Part shown: positions 1 to 10,028 of the stretch, piece after piece
How positions within the stretch are numbered: position 1 is the first letter of the stretch
How the letters are laid out: each line of letters starts with the position of its first letter
Source of the DNA: Oscillospiraceae bacterium
Lineage (GTDB): Bacteria; Bacillota; Clostridia; Oscillospirales; CAG-272
NCBI GenBank assembly: GCA_015064245.1
Contig: SVSQ01000002.1
Span: forward strand, 1 to 59,503
Length of the DNA stretch: 59,503 bases
Direction of reading: 5' to 3'
The notes under the pieces: model-generated
Told to the model about the DNA's origin: nothing
Database searches by the model: none
Seen by the model: only the letters and a program-made list of their open reading frames with translations
Program-made: the position numbers and the translations under genes

Positions 1-293
1 AGGATAACTGATAACGTCAGCCGAGGGTGACCTCCGGGAAAGTGCAACAGAAATAAACCGCCTCATTTGAGGTAAGGATGGAAAGGCGAGGTAAGAGCTC
101 ACCGGCAGTTCGGTAACGAACTTGCAAATGTAAACCCTATCCGAAGCAACACCGTATGCGAGAGGAGCGAAAGCTCACGTTTGCCCGACGGAATCTCGTA
201 GGTGGCGAGGAGCTATATGGCGACATATAGACAAGATAGATAATTGCGGTCGGTCTTAACCGGCACAGAACCCGGCTTACAAGCCCACTCATA
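1..293 (+). ncRNA. rnpB: RNase P RNA (bacterial type A-like), 3' portion; 5' end lies outside the window
   Basis: GGTAAGAGCTCACCGG..GGTAACG..GTAAACCCTATCCGAAGCAA (90-149) parallels the E. coli M1 RNA core. The universal P4 strand ACAGAACCCGGCTTA is at 265-279. No ORF; a terminator follows. Confidence 0.85.
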
Positions 294-300
294 ACCAAAA

Positions 301-340
301 AAGACCGTATCTGAAGTTTAAATTCCGATGCGGTCTTTTG
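301..340 (+). terminator. intrinsic terminator after rnpB
   Basis: AAGACCGTATC (301-311) pairs with GATGCGGTCTT (327-337, one G-U), followed by a T run. Confidence 0.7.
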
Positions 341-371
341 CGATTATACTAATCTGCTTGGAGGAACGGTA

Positions 372-1723
372 TTGAAAACTAACGGTTTTTTCGGAAGTTT
401 AAATGGAAGCGTCAGCGTTTTGCTCGGCGCAGGAAGAAGCAATATAGCCCTTGCAGCGTATCTGTCTAAATGCGGCGGAAGGGTAATGATTTGCGACAGA
501 AGCTTATCTGAGAAGGAAATCGTTAAAATAGCAGAGGAAAATAAGATAGGAAACTGCGCTCCCATAAAATACGGAACGTTGCCAAAAGCCGATCTCGTGT
601 TCAGAACCCCTGTGATACGTCCTGATGACGGTTTGATCTCAAGCTTTGTCAGTCGTGGCGCGTACCTCACGAGCGAGACCGAGCTGTTTTTTGAAAAATG
701 CAGAGGAAATATATACGGAATAACGGGAAGCGACGGCAAGACCACGACCGCTACGATAACTGCTGAGCTGTATAAAAAACAGCTTGAGGTACTGAGCGCA
801 GCGTCTTTCTCGGCGGAAATATCGGAGTGCCGCTTATAAGCTTTATCGATGACTTCAGGGATAGCGACGTAGTTATCGCGGAACTGTCCAGCTTTCAGTT
901 GATGACCGCAAAAGCGTCACCGGTGCGCAGCGCGGTGACGAATATAACCGAAAATCATCTGGATTGGCACGCAAATATGCGGGAATACCTTTCAGCAAAA
1001 GCAAATATATACGCTTTTTCGGAGTGTGAAAGATTGGTAACGGAGCCGAAAGCGTATTATGAGCTGAGAAAGCTTCCGCGACGTATGCCATCCGAGAGAA
1101 TACTTACGCAAGCTGAAAACGGAGTGTATTCGGACGGTGAAGGTATATACCTTGGAGGCGAAAAGCTGCTCGATATCTCCGATATTTTAGTAAAAGGAGA
1201 GCATAACGTCAAAAATTTTATGACGGCGATCGCATTATCATATCCCGATATATCACGTGAAAGTGTTTTAAAGACCGCGAGAGGATTCAAAGGCGTTCCC
1301 CACAGAATAGAGTTCGTAGATAAAAAAATGGGGATATCCTTTTATAACAGCTCAATAGACTCAACGCCTTCAAGAACGCTCAATACTTTAAAGTGCTTTG
1401 ACGAAAGTGTAACACTTATATGCGGCGGCTACGATAAAAACTTAGATTATTCGGAGCTTGCCGAGTACGTAAACAGCCGAGTCAAAAACCTCGTTCTTTA
1501 CGGCGAAGCCGCCGAAAAAATTTACTCTTGCTTCAGATCAAAGGGATATGCGGCGGTAAGGATATTTACGGAAGAGCTTTTTGACAAAGCCTTTGCAAAA
1601 GCCGTAAGTGTCACGGGAGAGGGAGAAACGGTGCTGCTGTCTCCGGCTTGCGCCAGCTTTGACCAGTTCAAAAGCTTTGAGGAAAGAGGAGAGCGCTTTT
1701 CGGAATCAGTCCGCGCTCTTTAA
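372..1723 (+). CDS. murD: UDP-N-acetylmuramoylalanine--D-glutamate ligase (MurD), reading frame interrupted: two ORFs 372-839 and 827-1723
   Basis: TTG start 7 nt after GGAGGA. Mur ligase P-loop GITGSDGKTTT in ORF1. (FL)GGNIGVPLISF and the rest of MurD continue in the frame one base earlier from about 788-812. 155+298 aa matches a normal ~450 aa MurD. Confidence 0.85.
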
Positions 1724-1759
1724 ATAATTACTTTTGGGATAAACATTTATAATTTATTA

Positions 1760-1788
1760 TTGACACGGAAAAAAAGATATAGTAAAAT
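1760..1788 (+). promoter_or_regulatory. sigma-A type promoter for the SPFH gene
   Basis: TTGACA (1760-1765), 17-nt spacer, TAAAAT (1783-1788). Confidence 0.6.
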
Positions 1789-1824
1789 ATATTGTAGATA
1801 AGATAAAACAAGGAGGAAATCAAA

Positions 1825-3090
1825 ATGGGACTTATAAAGGCATTTGCATCATCTGTCGGCTCGGTATTTGCCGATCAGTGGAAGGAATATTTTCAGGTCG
1901 ATTCAATGACGAACGATCAGCTCGTAGTCAAAGCAAAGAAAACGACCAAGGGTAATAATAAAGGAAATAACGATATCATATCAAACGGATCTGTGGTCTC
2001 CGTTGCGGACGGTCAGGTAGCGCTTATAGTCGAGGATGGCAGAATAGTTGAGTTCTGCGCCGAGCCGGGCAGATTCGTTTGGGATTCGTCAAGCGAGCCT
2101 TCAATGCTCTGCGGCGAGTTTTTCAAGGGAATGGTCGACTCCTTCAAGAAGATAGGCGAACGCTTCACATTTGGCGGAGATACGGGAAAGAATCAAAGAG
2201 TGTACTTCGTAAATACCAAAGAGATCATAGACAATAAATTCGGGACCACCACTCCTATGGTCTATGACGACAGATATTACGGTACCGCGCTTTATATCAG
2301 ATATTTCGGTCAGTTTTCCTTCAGGATCAAGGATCCTATCCTGTTTTTCACGTCAATCGCAGGGAACGTAAGTGACGGCTATAATAAGGACGAGCTCATG
2401 AGCTTTTGCAGAGAAGAGTTCATGACGGCGCTTGACACCTCGCTTTCAATGCTCTCGGCAGACGGTATAAAATTCAGCCAGATACCTCAGAAGCAGCGCG
2501 AGATAGCGAGATATATGTCTGAAACACTCGACGAGGAATGGGGACGCAGACGCGGAATGGATATAGTTTCCGTCGCGATTTCAAAGGTAACTCCGGACGA
2601 AAAGAGCAGGGCGAGAATAGAGGAGTTCGATACAAATCTTATGCATTCAAATCCCGGCGCAATGGCAGGCGGTCTTGCGTACGCTCAGATGCAGGCTATG
2701 CAGAACGCCGCGAAGAATTCCGGCGGAGCGGTAAACGGTTTCGTAGGACTTGGAATGATGAACGGACTCAGCGGCAGCAGCGCCCCCGCTCAGCAAACGC
2801 TTATAAACACCGCAAAGCAGCTTCACGGCGATAGCGCTCCCGAGACTCCTGCAAGAGCAGATACGTGGAAATGCTCCTGCGGAGCGGAGAACAGCGGTAA
2901 GTTCTGCGCGGAGTGCGGAAGCAAAAAGCCGGAAAAAGAGGAGTGGAAATGCTCCTGCGGTCATATGAATACGGGAAAGTTCTGCTCAGAGTGCGGAGCG
3001 AAGAAGGTAACAGGCTACGTCTGCCGATGCGGTTATACCAGTCCCTCTCCCTTTAAATTCTGTCCGGAATGCGGAAGCAAACAAGAGTAA
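1825..3090 (+). CDS. SPFH/band-7-like (COG4260 virion-core-like) protein with three C-terminal zinc ribbons
   Basis: AGGAGG RBS. N-terminal MGLIKAF...VFADQWKEYF typical of YdjI-like SPFH proteins. The C-terminus carries three CxCG-x(9-12)-CxECG repeats. Confidence 0.7.
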   Translation: MGLIKAFASSVGSVFADQWKEYFQVDSMTNDQLVVKAKKTTKGNNKGNNDIISNGSVVSVADGQVALIVEDGRIVEFCAEPGRFVWDSSSEPSMLCGEFFKGMVDSFKKIGERFTFGGDTGKNQRVYFVNTKEIIDNKFGTTTPMVYDDRYYGTALYIRYFGQFSFRIKDPILFFTSIAGNVSDGYNKDELMSFCREEFMTALDTSLSMLSADGIKFSQIPQKQREIARYMSETLDEEWGRRRGMDIVSVAISKVTPDEKSRARIEEFDTNLMHSNPGAMAGGLAYAQMQAMQNAAKNSGGAVNGFVGLGMMNGLSGSSAPAQQTLINTAKQLHGDSAPETPARADTWKCSCGAENSGKFCAECGSKKPEKEEWKCSCGHMNTGKFCSECGAKKVTGYVCRCGYTSPSPFKFCPECGSKQE

Positions 3091-3106
3091 GGACGGCGCA
3101 AGGTAA

Positions 3107-4459
3107 ATGAATTACGATCTTACGGTAGGAGAGCCGAGAAAAACGCTGTGGCGCTTTACCTTTCCGATGTTTATCAGCGTCGTTTTCCAGCAGTTTTACA
3201 GTATTACCGACAGCGCAATAGCCGGACAGTTCGCGGGAGAGAGCGCTCTTGCCGCGATAGGAGCGTCTTATCCTATCACGATGATCTTTATGGCTATTGC
3301 AACGGGAAGCAATATCGGATGCACTGTTGTTCTTTCACAGCTTTTCGGCGCAAAGAAGTATAAGGACGTAAAAACGGCGGCTTATACCGCGTTGATATTC
3401 GGCGCCGTGCTTTCGGGAATTCTGACGGTCATAGCGCTGATATCCTCTTCGGCATTACTAACCGCTATACAGACGCCTGCTTCCATATTTACGGACGCTG
3501 CCGCGTATATGAATATATACCTTGGCGGATTTTCGTTCCTATACCTATACAATATGGCAAACGGCGTCTTCAACGCCCTCGGAGACTCCAAAACACCGCT
3601 TTATCTCCTTATAATGTCCTCAATTGCGAACGTAGTTCTGGATTACGTTTTCGTAGCGATACTGAACATGGGAGTCAGCGGCGCGGCTTGGGCAACCTTT
3701 ATAGCGCAGGGCGCGGCTTGTATTTTAGCTATTATAATACTTCTATTCAGACTTTCAAAGCTTGACAGCGAAAAGAATATATCATTGTTTTCAGTGCCAA
3801 AGCTGAAGCTGATACTTTTTATAGCAATTCCAAGTATATTGCAGAGCAGCTTCGTTTCAGTAGGAAACTTCTTTATCCAGGGACTTATAAATTCCTGCGG
3901 CGAGGCGGTCATAGCAGGTTTTTCCTCGGCGTTCAAGCTCAACACCTTCGCCCTTACCTCGATAACCACGGTAGCAAGCGCGGTTTCGTCATTCACCGCG
4001 CAGAATATAGGCGCAGGTAAATACGACAGAGTCCGCGCAGGACTTAAATACGGACTTATCCTTGCCATGAGCTTTACGGTGGTATTTGCCTTTTCCTACT
4101 ATTTTGCAGGACGTCATCTCCTTGGAATATTCATGGAGAGCGATTCATCCGACGCTATGGCGACGGGAATAGAATTTCTGAAAATGATAGGACCGTTCTA
4201 TTTCGTTGTGTGCTCAAAATTAGTCTTTGACGGCGTGCTCAGAGGCGCAAAGGCTATGAGATACTTTATGATCACCACGTTTTCGGATCTGATCATCAGA
4301 GTCGTTATCTCATACGTTTTGTTCCCAAGCATGAAGCAGCACGGAATATGGCTCTCCTGGCCGATCGGCTGGGTGATAGGCGCGTTCCTTTCCGTACTCT
4401 TTTATTTCCTCGGTGTCTGGAACAAGAGCGAAAAAGCTGGAGTAAAGCAAGAAGCGTAA
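3107..4459 (+). CDS. MATE family efflux transporter
   Basis: 450 aa, about 12 hydrophobic segments, MatE-type N-terminus FPMFISVVFQQFYSITDSAIAGQ. Confidence 0.85.
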   Translation: MNYDLTVGEPRKTLWRFTFPMFISVVFQQFYSITDSAIAGQFAGESALAAIGASYPITMIFMAIATGSNIGCTVVLSQLFGAKKYKDVKTAAYTALIFGAVLSGILTVIALISSSALLTAIQTPASIFTDAAAYMNIYLGGFSFLYLYNMANGVFNALGDSKTPLYLLIMSSIANVVLDYVFVAILNMGVSGAAWATFIAQGAACILAIIILLFRLSKLDSEKNISLFSVPKLKLILFIAIPSILQSSFVSVGNFFIQGLINSCGEAVIAGFSSAFKLNTFALTSITTVASAVSSFTAQNIGAGKYDRVRAGLKYGLILAMSFTVVFAFSYYFAGRHLLGIFMESDSSDAMATGIEFLKMIGPFYFVVCSKLVFDGVLRGAKAMRYFMITTFSDLIIRVVISYVLFPSMKQHGIWLSWPIGWVIGAFLSVLFYFLGVWNKSEKAGVKQEA

Positions 4460-4517
4460 CATTTTTACGCCGATAACGTATAATTTAATAAATACGTTAT
4501 TTTCGGAGGTAAAATGT

Positions 4518-5084
4518 ATGGCTATCAGAATCTACATAGATCAGGGACACAATCCCACGAACCCAAACGCAGGCGCGGAAGGAAACGGACTGCGTGAGCA
4601 GGATATAACCTACGCAGTAGGAACGGCGCTCGCGGAGCTTTTAAGACAGAACGGAAATTTCGAGGTCATGGTATCGAGGAATACACCGAATGAGATACTT
4701 GGCTCTTCAAACGCCGAAAGTCTTCGGATCCGAACGGAGGAGGCAAACGCCTTCGGAGCGGACGCTTTTATTTCGATACACGTCAACTCATCAAATATCG
4801 AGTCAGCAACGGGCAGCGAAGCCTACGTTTTCAGACGTGACACACCTGCATTTTCTCTGGCAGAGGATATACTGCTGAGGCTTTCCGAGGCGACGGGATA
4901 TACAGCGAGAGGCGTATTTGTCCGCCCATCGCTGTACGTGCTCAGAAATACTGATATGCCCGCGGTTCTCGTTGAGCTTGGGTTTATCAGCAACAGAGAA
5001 GAAGCGATATATATGTACGAAAACCCAACCCTCTACGCAAGAGGAATATTTAACGGAATATTGACCTATTACGGGCTTTACTGA
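4518..5084 (+). CDS. N-acetylmuramoyl-L-alanine amidase (Amidase_3 family), no signal peptide
   Basis: IYIDQGHNP, GADAFISIHVNS, PAVLVELGFISN motifs; GGAGG RBS. Confidence 0.8.
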   Translation: MAIRIYIDQGHNPTNPNAGAEGNGLREQDITYAVGTALAELLRQNGNFEVMVSRNTPNEILGSSNAESLRIRTEEANAFGADAFISIHVNSSNIESATGSEAYVFRRDTPAFSLAEDILLRLSEATGYTARGVFVRPSLYVLRNTDMPAVLVELGFISNREEAIYMYENPTLYARGIFNGILTYYGLY

Positions 5085-5102
5085 CATAAAGGAACTGAAA
5101 AA

Positions 5103-6047
5103 ATGAATTTGTTTAAATTAAAGCCATATTGCGCGAAAGCAATATGGGGCGGAGATAACCTTAGAAAAAAATACGGAAAGATAAGCGATGAGAATATCGC
5201 GGAAGCCTGGGAGCTTTCGGGATATCCGGGAAAAGAGAGCGTTATAGTCGGCGGTGAGTTTGACGGCAAAACTATAACAGAGCTTATTTCTGTTCTCGGA
5301 TCCCGCGCGCTTGGAATAAAAGCGGAAGGATACGACAAGTTTCCTATGCTTATAAAGCTTATAGACGCGGCGGCGCCCCTCTCGATACAGGTACATCCAA
5401 ACGACGAGATAGCGCAAAAATTAGGCGCTGACGGCGGAAAAACGGAGATGTGGATAATCTGCGACTGCGAAAAGGACGCCTTTATCTACTACGGTATGAA
5501 AGAGGTGCTCAGCTCAGAAGCTTTTGAAAAAGCAATCCTTGACGGAAGCATCACCGAGCATCTTAACAAGGTGTACGTAAAGCCGGGAGATACCTTCTTC
5601 ATCAAAGCAGGTACGGTCCACGCCATAGGCGCGGGCATAACCATCTGCGAGATACAGCAGACCTCTGATACTACATATCGTCTTTTCGACTACAAACGCA
5701 AGGACGCAAACGGAAACGAAAGAGAACTGCATATAGAGAAGGGGATCATAGCCACCGATCAGACACCGCCGGAAAAGTTCTACGAAGAAGGCGTCCGCAA
5801 AGGCGGCGAAACAGTTCTTGTGAGCTGTCCGTACTTTAACGTCTCAAGACTTGACGTAAAAGGCGAAGCTTTGGTAACTGTAGGTAAAGAAAGCTTTTCC
5901 GCATTCACTGTGACTGACGGTGACGGTACAATTTCTAACTGCGGCGACGAGATGTCGCTAACGAAAGGCGAGACTGTATTTATCCATGCTGACAGCGGTA
6001 ACGTTAAAATTTGCGGCAATATGACGGTCGTAAGATCACAGCTATAA
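5103..6047 (+). CDS. manA: mannose-6-phosphate isomerase, class I
   Basis: 314 aa; KAIWGG, LSIQVHPND, TEMWII, VHAIGAG cupin motifs of type I PMI. Confidence 0.85.
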   Translation: MNLFKLKPYCAKAIWGGDNLRKKYGKISDENIAEAWELSGYPGKESVIVGGEFDGKTITELISVLGSRALGIKAEGYDKFPMLIKLIDAAAPLSIQVHPNDEIAQKLGADGGKTEMWIICDCEKDAFIYYGMKEVLSSEAFEKAILDGSITEHLNKVYVKPGDTFFIKAGTVHAIGAGITICEIQQTSDTTYRLFDYKRKDANGNERELHIEKGIIATDQTPPEKFYEEGVRKGGETVLVSCPYFNVSRLDVKGEALVTVGKESFSAFTVTDGDGTISNCGDEMSLTKGETVFIHADSGNVKICGNMTVVRSQL

Positions 6048-6065
6048 AAAGGACGGAAAAATACT

Positions 6066-6779
6066 ATGGATTTCTGCGGATTTGAGAGAATAGATTTCAC
6101 TTTTCAAGACAGAGAGGCTATCTTAGTCCTGCCAAACAAGGAGAACGAGAAGAAGGAATGGATGCTGAAAACGGAGTACTTCGGCGCGTTCCCGAAATTC
6201 GAAGCAGATATGCTTGCAAAAGGCTACTATCTTGCGTATCTGAAAAACAACAACCGCTGGGGAACGGACGAGGATCAGAGAGCGAAGCGCGACTTTGCCG
6301 AGTTCCTGCATGAAAAATACGGTCTGAATCGCAAATGTATATGTGTAGGAATGAGCTGCGGCGGATTCCACGCGGTGAACTTCGCATCCCGTTATCCTTC
6401 TTACGTTTCGCTTCTGTACCTTGACGCTCCGCTTCTTTCATTCTACGGCTGGAGCGATGAATTCGGAAACAAGAAAAGCTGGATAGAGGAACAAAAAAAG
6501 GCTTACGGTTTTAAGACCGAAGCCGAGGTTTACGTTTATAACGATCTGCCAATCCATAGATTGCATACGCTTACAGAGAATAATATTCCCGTGGCGCTTG
6601 TTTATGGTGGCAGTGATAAAGTGGTCGATCCCCATACAAACGCAGGAATGCTGAAGGAGTATTACGAGCTTCAGGGAGCTCCCATAAGATCCTGGTGCAA
6701 GCCCGAGTGTGACCACCATCCTCATGGGTTTGAAGATAATACTGATCTTATTGAGTATATAGAGAGTGTGAAGCTGTAA
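6066..6779 (+). CDS. alpha/beta hydrolase (esterase-like)
   Basis: 237 aa with nucleophile elbow GMSCGG and a C-terminal D/H-containing region; family not assignable by eye. Confidence 0.55.
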   Translation: MDFCGFERIDFTFQDREAILVLPNKENEKKEWMLKTEYFGAFPKFEADMLAKGYYLAYLKNNNRWGTDEDQRAKRDFAEFLHEKYGLNRKCICVGMSCGGFHAVNFASRYPSYVSLLYLDAPLLSFYGWSDEFGNKKSWIEEQKKAYGFKTEAEVYVYNDLPIHRLHTLTENNIPVALVYGGSDKVVDPHTNAGMLKEYYELQGAPIRSWCKPECDHHPHGFEDNTDLIEYIESVKL

Positions 6780-6809
6780 AAGTAACAAAAGCTTCGAAGG
6801 AGATAAGTT

Positions 6810-7436
6810 ATGAAAAAGGTGAATTTTTTATTATTTATCATTATAACAATACTGATTTTTTCTTCGTGCAACCAAGCAAATGAACCCTCTCGTCCGAGCG
6901 TTGAGCATTCCGGCGGCGAAATACCGCTGTTCGGGTTATATTCTGAAGACGAATATAATGCGTATATGGCTGATGCAACACTTCCGGAGCATTTTATATC
7001 ATACGAACAATTGTCGCACCTCGGTTTGTTTGAAAGCATTGTGTTCTTAGAAGACGCAAGATCGTTAAAATTCGAATCGTATCTATACCAATTTTTCTCA
7101 GAAAAAGAAGAAATAAATCTGTATGTATATCATTCGATAGAGAAGTTCGAATCTTATGCTAAAGGTCAGAGCGTTTCTCAAACCAACACGGATTTAAGAA
7201 CTTTACCGTCAAACGAATCAGGAGTATATATAGAGCAGAATGTAATATACAACTATATTAAAGGTGAGTTATTTTCTGTTACCTGGGTGAGTTCAGGAAT
7301 AACCTACGTGATGTATACTGAACCAAACTTGAGCAACTACAAATCAGGAAACGACTTTATTAACGCTTTACTTATAAAAGATGAAATTGCATCTGCGATG
7401 GAGATCTTTGACCAACATATAAGCTCGTCTAAATAA
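6810..7436 (+). CDS. hypothetical lipoprotein
   Basis: Signal peptide MKKVNFLLFIIITILIFSSC with lipobox Cys; no recognisable domain. Confidence 0.6.
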   Translation: MKKVNFLLFIIITILIFSSCNQANEPSRPSVEHSGGEIPLFGLYSEDEYNAYMADATLPEHFISYEQLSHLGLFESIVFLEDARSLKFESYLYQFFSEKEEINLYVYHSIEKFESYAKGQSVSQTNTDLRTLPSNESGVYIEQNVIYNYIKGELFSVTWVSSGITYVMYTEPNLSNYKSGNDFINALLIKDEIASAMEIFDQHISSSK

Positions 7437-7480
7437 ATATGATTTGGACGGTTAGCTTTGATGTAGGGAAAACTTCAGAA

Positions 7481-7512
7481 GAAAAAGCCGCCTAATTGGC
7501 GGCTTTCATTTA
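7481..7512. terminator. bidirectional intrinsic terminator between convergent genes
   Basis: AAAGCCGCC (7484-7492) / GGCGGCTTT (7498-7506), flanked by an A run and a T run. Confidence 0.75.
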
Positions 7513-7516
7513 TTTC

Positions 7517-8599
7517 TCAGCAGATAGTTCCCCCGCCGACAACAATGTCACCGTCATACAGCACAACGGCTTGCCCTTTTGTAACGGCTCTTTGAGGAGT
7601 ATCGAAAACAATGCGGAGCTTGTCTTCACCAATCTGCTCAACGGTAGCGGGCGCTTCCTGCTGGCGATACCTGATCTTAGCTTTAATATTTAGCTTTCCT
7701 TCGATCTTCTCGCAGGCGATAAGGTTGATATTCTCGGCGTAAAGCTCCCTTGTGAAAATGTCCGCCTCTTTTGATAAAAGAACGGTATTTGTCTCTTTAT
7801 CAACCTTTGAAACGTAAAGCGGTTCGGGAAGAGCCAGACCAAGTCCCTTCCTCTGACCGACGGTATAACGGATTATACCCTTATGCCTTCCGAGAACCTT
7901 TCCGTCTGCGTCAACGAAGTTTCCTTCGGGGTATTTCTTCCCCGTATAGTTTTCAATAAACTCGGAATAACTGCAATTTTTTACAAAGCAGATATCTTGG
8001 CTGTCGCCTTTATCGGCGTTTATAAAGCTGTTGCGCTCGGCGATCTCTCTGACCGTGTCCTTTGAAAGGGAACCGAGAGGGAAGCAAGCTCTTGAGAGCT
8101 GGCTCTGAGTAAGCGCGTACAGAACGTAACTCTGATCCTTTGAAAGATCGTCCGCTTTTTTCAGCAGATATCTGCCGATTTTTTCATCGTATTCCACCTT
8201 TGCGTAGTGACCGGTAACGACCAATGAGCAGCCAAGCTCTTCTGCCTTTCCGAAAAGCGCGGCGAATTTAAGGTGTCTGTTACACTCAACGCAAGGATTG
8301 GGAGTTCTGCCGTTTTCATAGCAGGAGACAAAGTTATCTATAACGCATTCCTTGAACCTGTCGGAAAAATTATATAGATAATGGGGAATACCTATGCTTT
8401 TTGCAACCTTTTGAGCGTCTTCAATATCCTTTTGAGTACAGCAAGAGGCTTCAAAGTCGATCACGTCAGTATCGTCGGGAATAAGCTTCATAGTTACTCC
8501 GACGCAGTCAAACCCCTTGTCCTTCATCAAAAGCGCCGCAACGCTCGAATCAACACCGCCGCTCATAGCTATGACGGCTTTTTTGTTTGTATTTTCCAT
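7517..8599 (-). CDS. mnmA: tRNA 2-thiouridine(34) synthase
   Basis: 360 aa; PP-loop AMSGGVDSSVAA, TPNPCVECN, VVTGHYA. Confidence 0.95.
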   Translation of the reverse strand: MENTNKKAVIAMSGGVDSSVAALLMKDKGFDCVGVTMKLIPDDTDVIDFEASCCTQKDIEDAQKVAKSIGIPHYLYNFSDRFKECVIDNFVSCYENGRTPNPCVECNRHLKFAALFGKAEELGCSLVVTGHYAKVEYDEKIGRYLLKKADDLSKDQSYVLYALTQSQLSRACFPLGSLSKDTVREIAERNSFINADKGDSQDICFVKNCSYSEFIENYTGKKYPEGNFVDADGKVLGRHKGIIRYTVGQRKGLGLALPEPLYVSKVDKETNTVLLSKEADIFTRELYAENINLIACEKIEGKLNIKAKIRYRQQEAPATVEQIGEDKLRIVFDTPQRAVTKGQAVVLYDGDIVVGGGTIC

Positions 8600-8669
8600 A
8601 TTTTGCGTACCTTTTTGATTTACTGATATTATTATATAATATTATAAAGATAAAGTCAAGTAAAAATAA

Positions 8670-8698
8670 TTGACAACCTTTAATAAATATGTTATACT
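8670..8698 (+). promoter_or_regulatory. sigma-A type promoter for DUF1653-luxS cluster
   Basis: TTGACA (8670-8675), 17-nt spacer, TATACT (8693-8698). Confidence 0.6.
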
Positions 8699-8730
8699 GT
8701 AATTACATCAAGCTTTAAGGAGAATACCTT

Positions 8731-8946
8731 ATGGAAGATATCAAGATAGGAAAATACAAACATTTCAAAGGAAACGAATACCGCGTGCTGTATATCGCTA
8801 AGCACTCCGAAACTCTTGAGCCGATGGTGGTCTATCAGGCTCTGTACGGAGAAGGCGGAGTATGGGTGCGTCCCGCTTCCATGTGGAACGAGACCGTCGA
8901 GCGTGACGGCAAGGTATTTAAAAGATTTACATATATTGAGGATTAA
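8731..8946 (+). CDS. DUF1653 domain protein
   Basis: 71 aa; GKYKHFKGNEYRVL...EPMVVYQALYG...WVRP pattern typical of DUF1653. Confidence 0.75.
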   Translation: MEDIKIGKYKHFKGNEYRVLYIAKHSETLEPMVVYQALYGEGGVWVRPASMWNETVERDGKVFKRFTYIED

Positions 8947-8951
8947 GCATT

Positions 8952-9422
8952 ATGAAAAAAATAGCAAGCTTTACAGTAAACCACGATACGCTTAAAAAAG
9001 GAATATATATTTCCCGCGTTGACGGTGACGTGATCACTTACGATGTCCGCGTAAAGATTCCAAACGGCGGAGATTATCTCGGAAACGGCGCTATGCACAC
9101 ATTCGAGCATCTTTTCGCAACGTACGCGAGAAACAGCGCTTACGAAAAGGACGTTATATACGTCGGACCTATGGGCTGCAGAACGGGCTTTTATCTGCTT
9201 CTCCGCGATAACGTATCAGGCGCTGACGCTATTAGTCTTATAGTTGAAAGCTTTGATTTTATATCAAAGTTCGAGGGCAATATACCGGGAACGAATAAGA
9301 TCGAGTGCGGAAACTATCTCGAGCACGATCTTGAAGGCGCGAAGGCGGTAGCTGAGGATATGCTCTCCGTTCTGAAAGGATATACTGAGGAAATGCTTGA
9401 TTATGGCTATGAACGCGCTTAA
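8952..9422 (+). CDS. luxS: S-ribosylhomocysteine lyase
   Basis: 156 aa; metal-binding HTFEHL motif and GCRTGFY. Confidence 0.9.
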   Translation: MKKIASFTVNHDTLKKGIYISRVDGDVITYDVRVKIPNGGDYLGNGAMHTFEHLFATYARNSAYEKDVIYVGPMGCRTGFYLLLRDNVSGADAISLIVESFDFISKFEGNIPGTNKIECGNYLEHDLEGAKAVAEDMLSVLKGYTEEMLDYGYERA

Positions 9423-10011
9423 AGATAAGATATACGGTTATCTTGAATTTAAAGGGATATACCGAAGCGAGGCAAACGACGCGTTGATAGAGCAGAGCAT
9501 AAAAGAGCTTGCCGAGCTTAACAGCTACAGATGCGTATATAAAAAATATTCAGAGCCGATCGATTTCTTGCTGAAGGAGCCGTACGTCTCATTTTTAAGC
9601 GGCAGTAACGGTTATTATCTCTGCGCTTTGACTCTGGGAGATGCAGTCGACTTAAAAACCGAATACTATCTGAAAGCGGATAAAGAAAAAGGTGTGATAT
9701 TCGACGCCTGCGCAAACGCGTATCTTGAATTCAAAGCTGACGAATACGAAAAAACGCTTGAACAGGATATTTCCTATAAATTCGCGCCCGGTTATCAGGG
9801 AAGTGATATAAAAGACCTGCAAGCGATCTTCGATATTCTTGAGGCGGAGAGAATAGGAATGTATTTGACGGAAGGCTACAGGATCGTACCGCAAAAATCA
9901 ATGGTCGGCATAATAGCTATCGGAAAAACGGCGCTTAAACAATGCGGAAAATGTGTAATGTTAAACTCCTGCGTATTCAGAAACGCAGGAAAAAGATGTT
10001 TTGATCTATAA
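9397..10011 (+). CDS. stand-alone methionine synthase (B12-dependent) activation-domain-like protein
   Basis: FAPGYQGSDIKDL..., VPQKSMVGIIAIG resemble Met_synt_B12 domain proteins of Clostridia. Cys-rich tail. Overlaps the luxS end; alternative ATGs at 9403/9409. Confidence 0.55.
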   Translation: MIMAMNALKDKIYGYLEFKGIYRSEANDALIEQSIKELAELNSYRCVYKKYSEPIDFLLKEPYVSFLSGSNGYYLCALTLGDAVDLKTEYYLKADKEKGVIFDACANAYLEFKADEYEKTLEQDISYKFAPGYQGSDIKDLQAIFDILEAERIGMYLTEGYRIVPQKSMVGIIAIGKTALKQCGKCVMLNSCVFRNAGKRCFDL

Positions 10012-10028
10012 ACTAACGAGGTATAAAA

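Noticed and set aside
301-340. Sequence similarity between the rnpB terminator and the sigE terminator (19886-19922): both CCGTATC..GA.G..AAAT(T)CCGATGCGG
   Set aside because: There are only two copies, both explained as ordinary terminator hairpins. It would need a genome-wide count to be called a repeat family.
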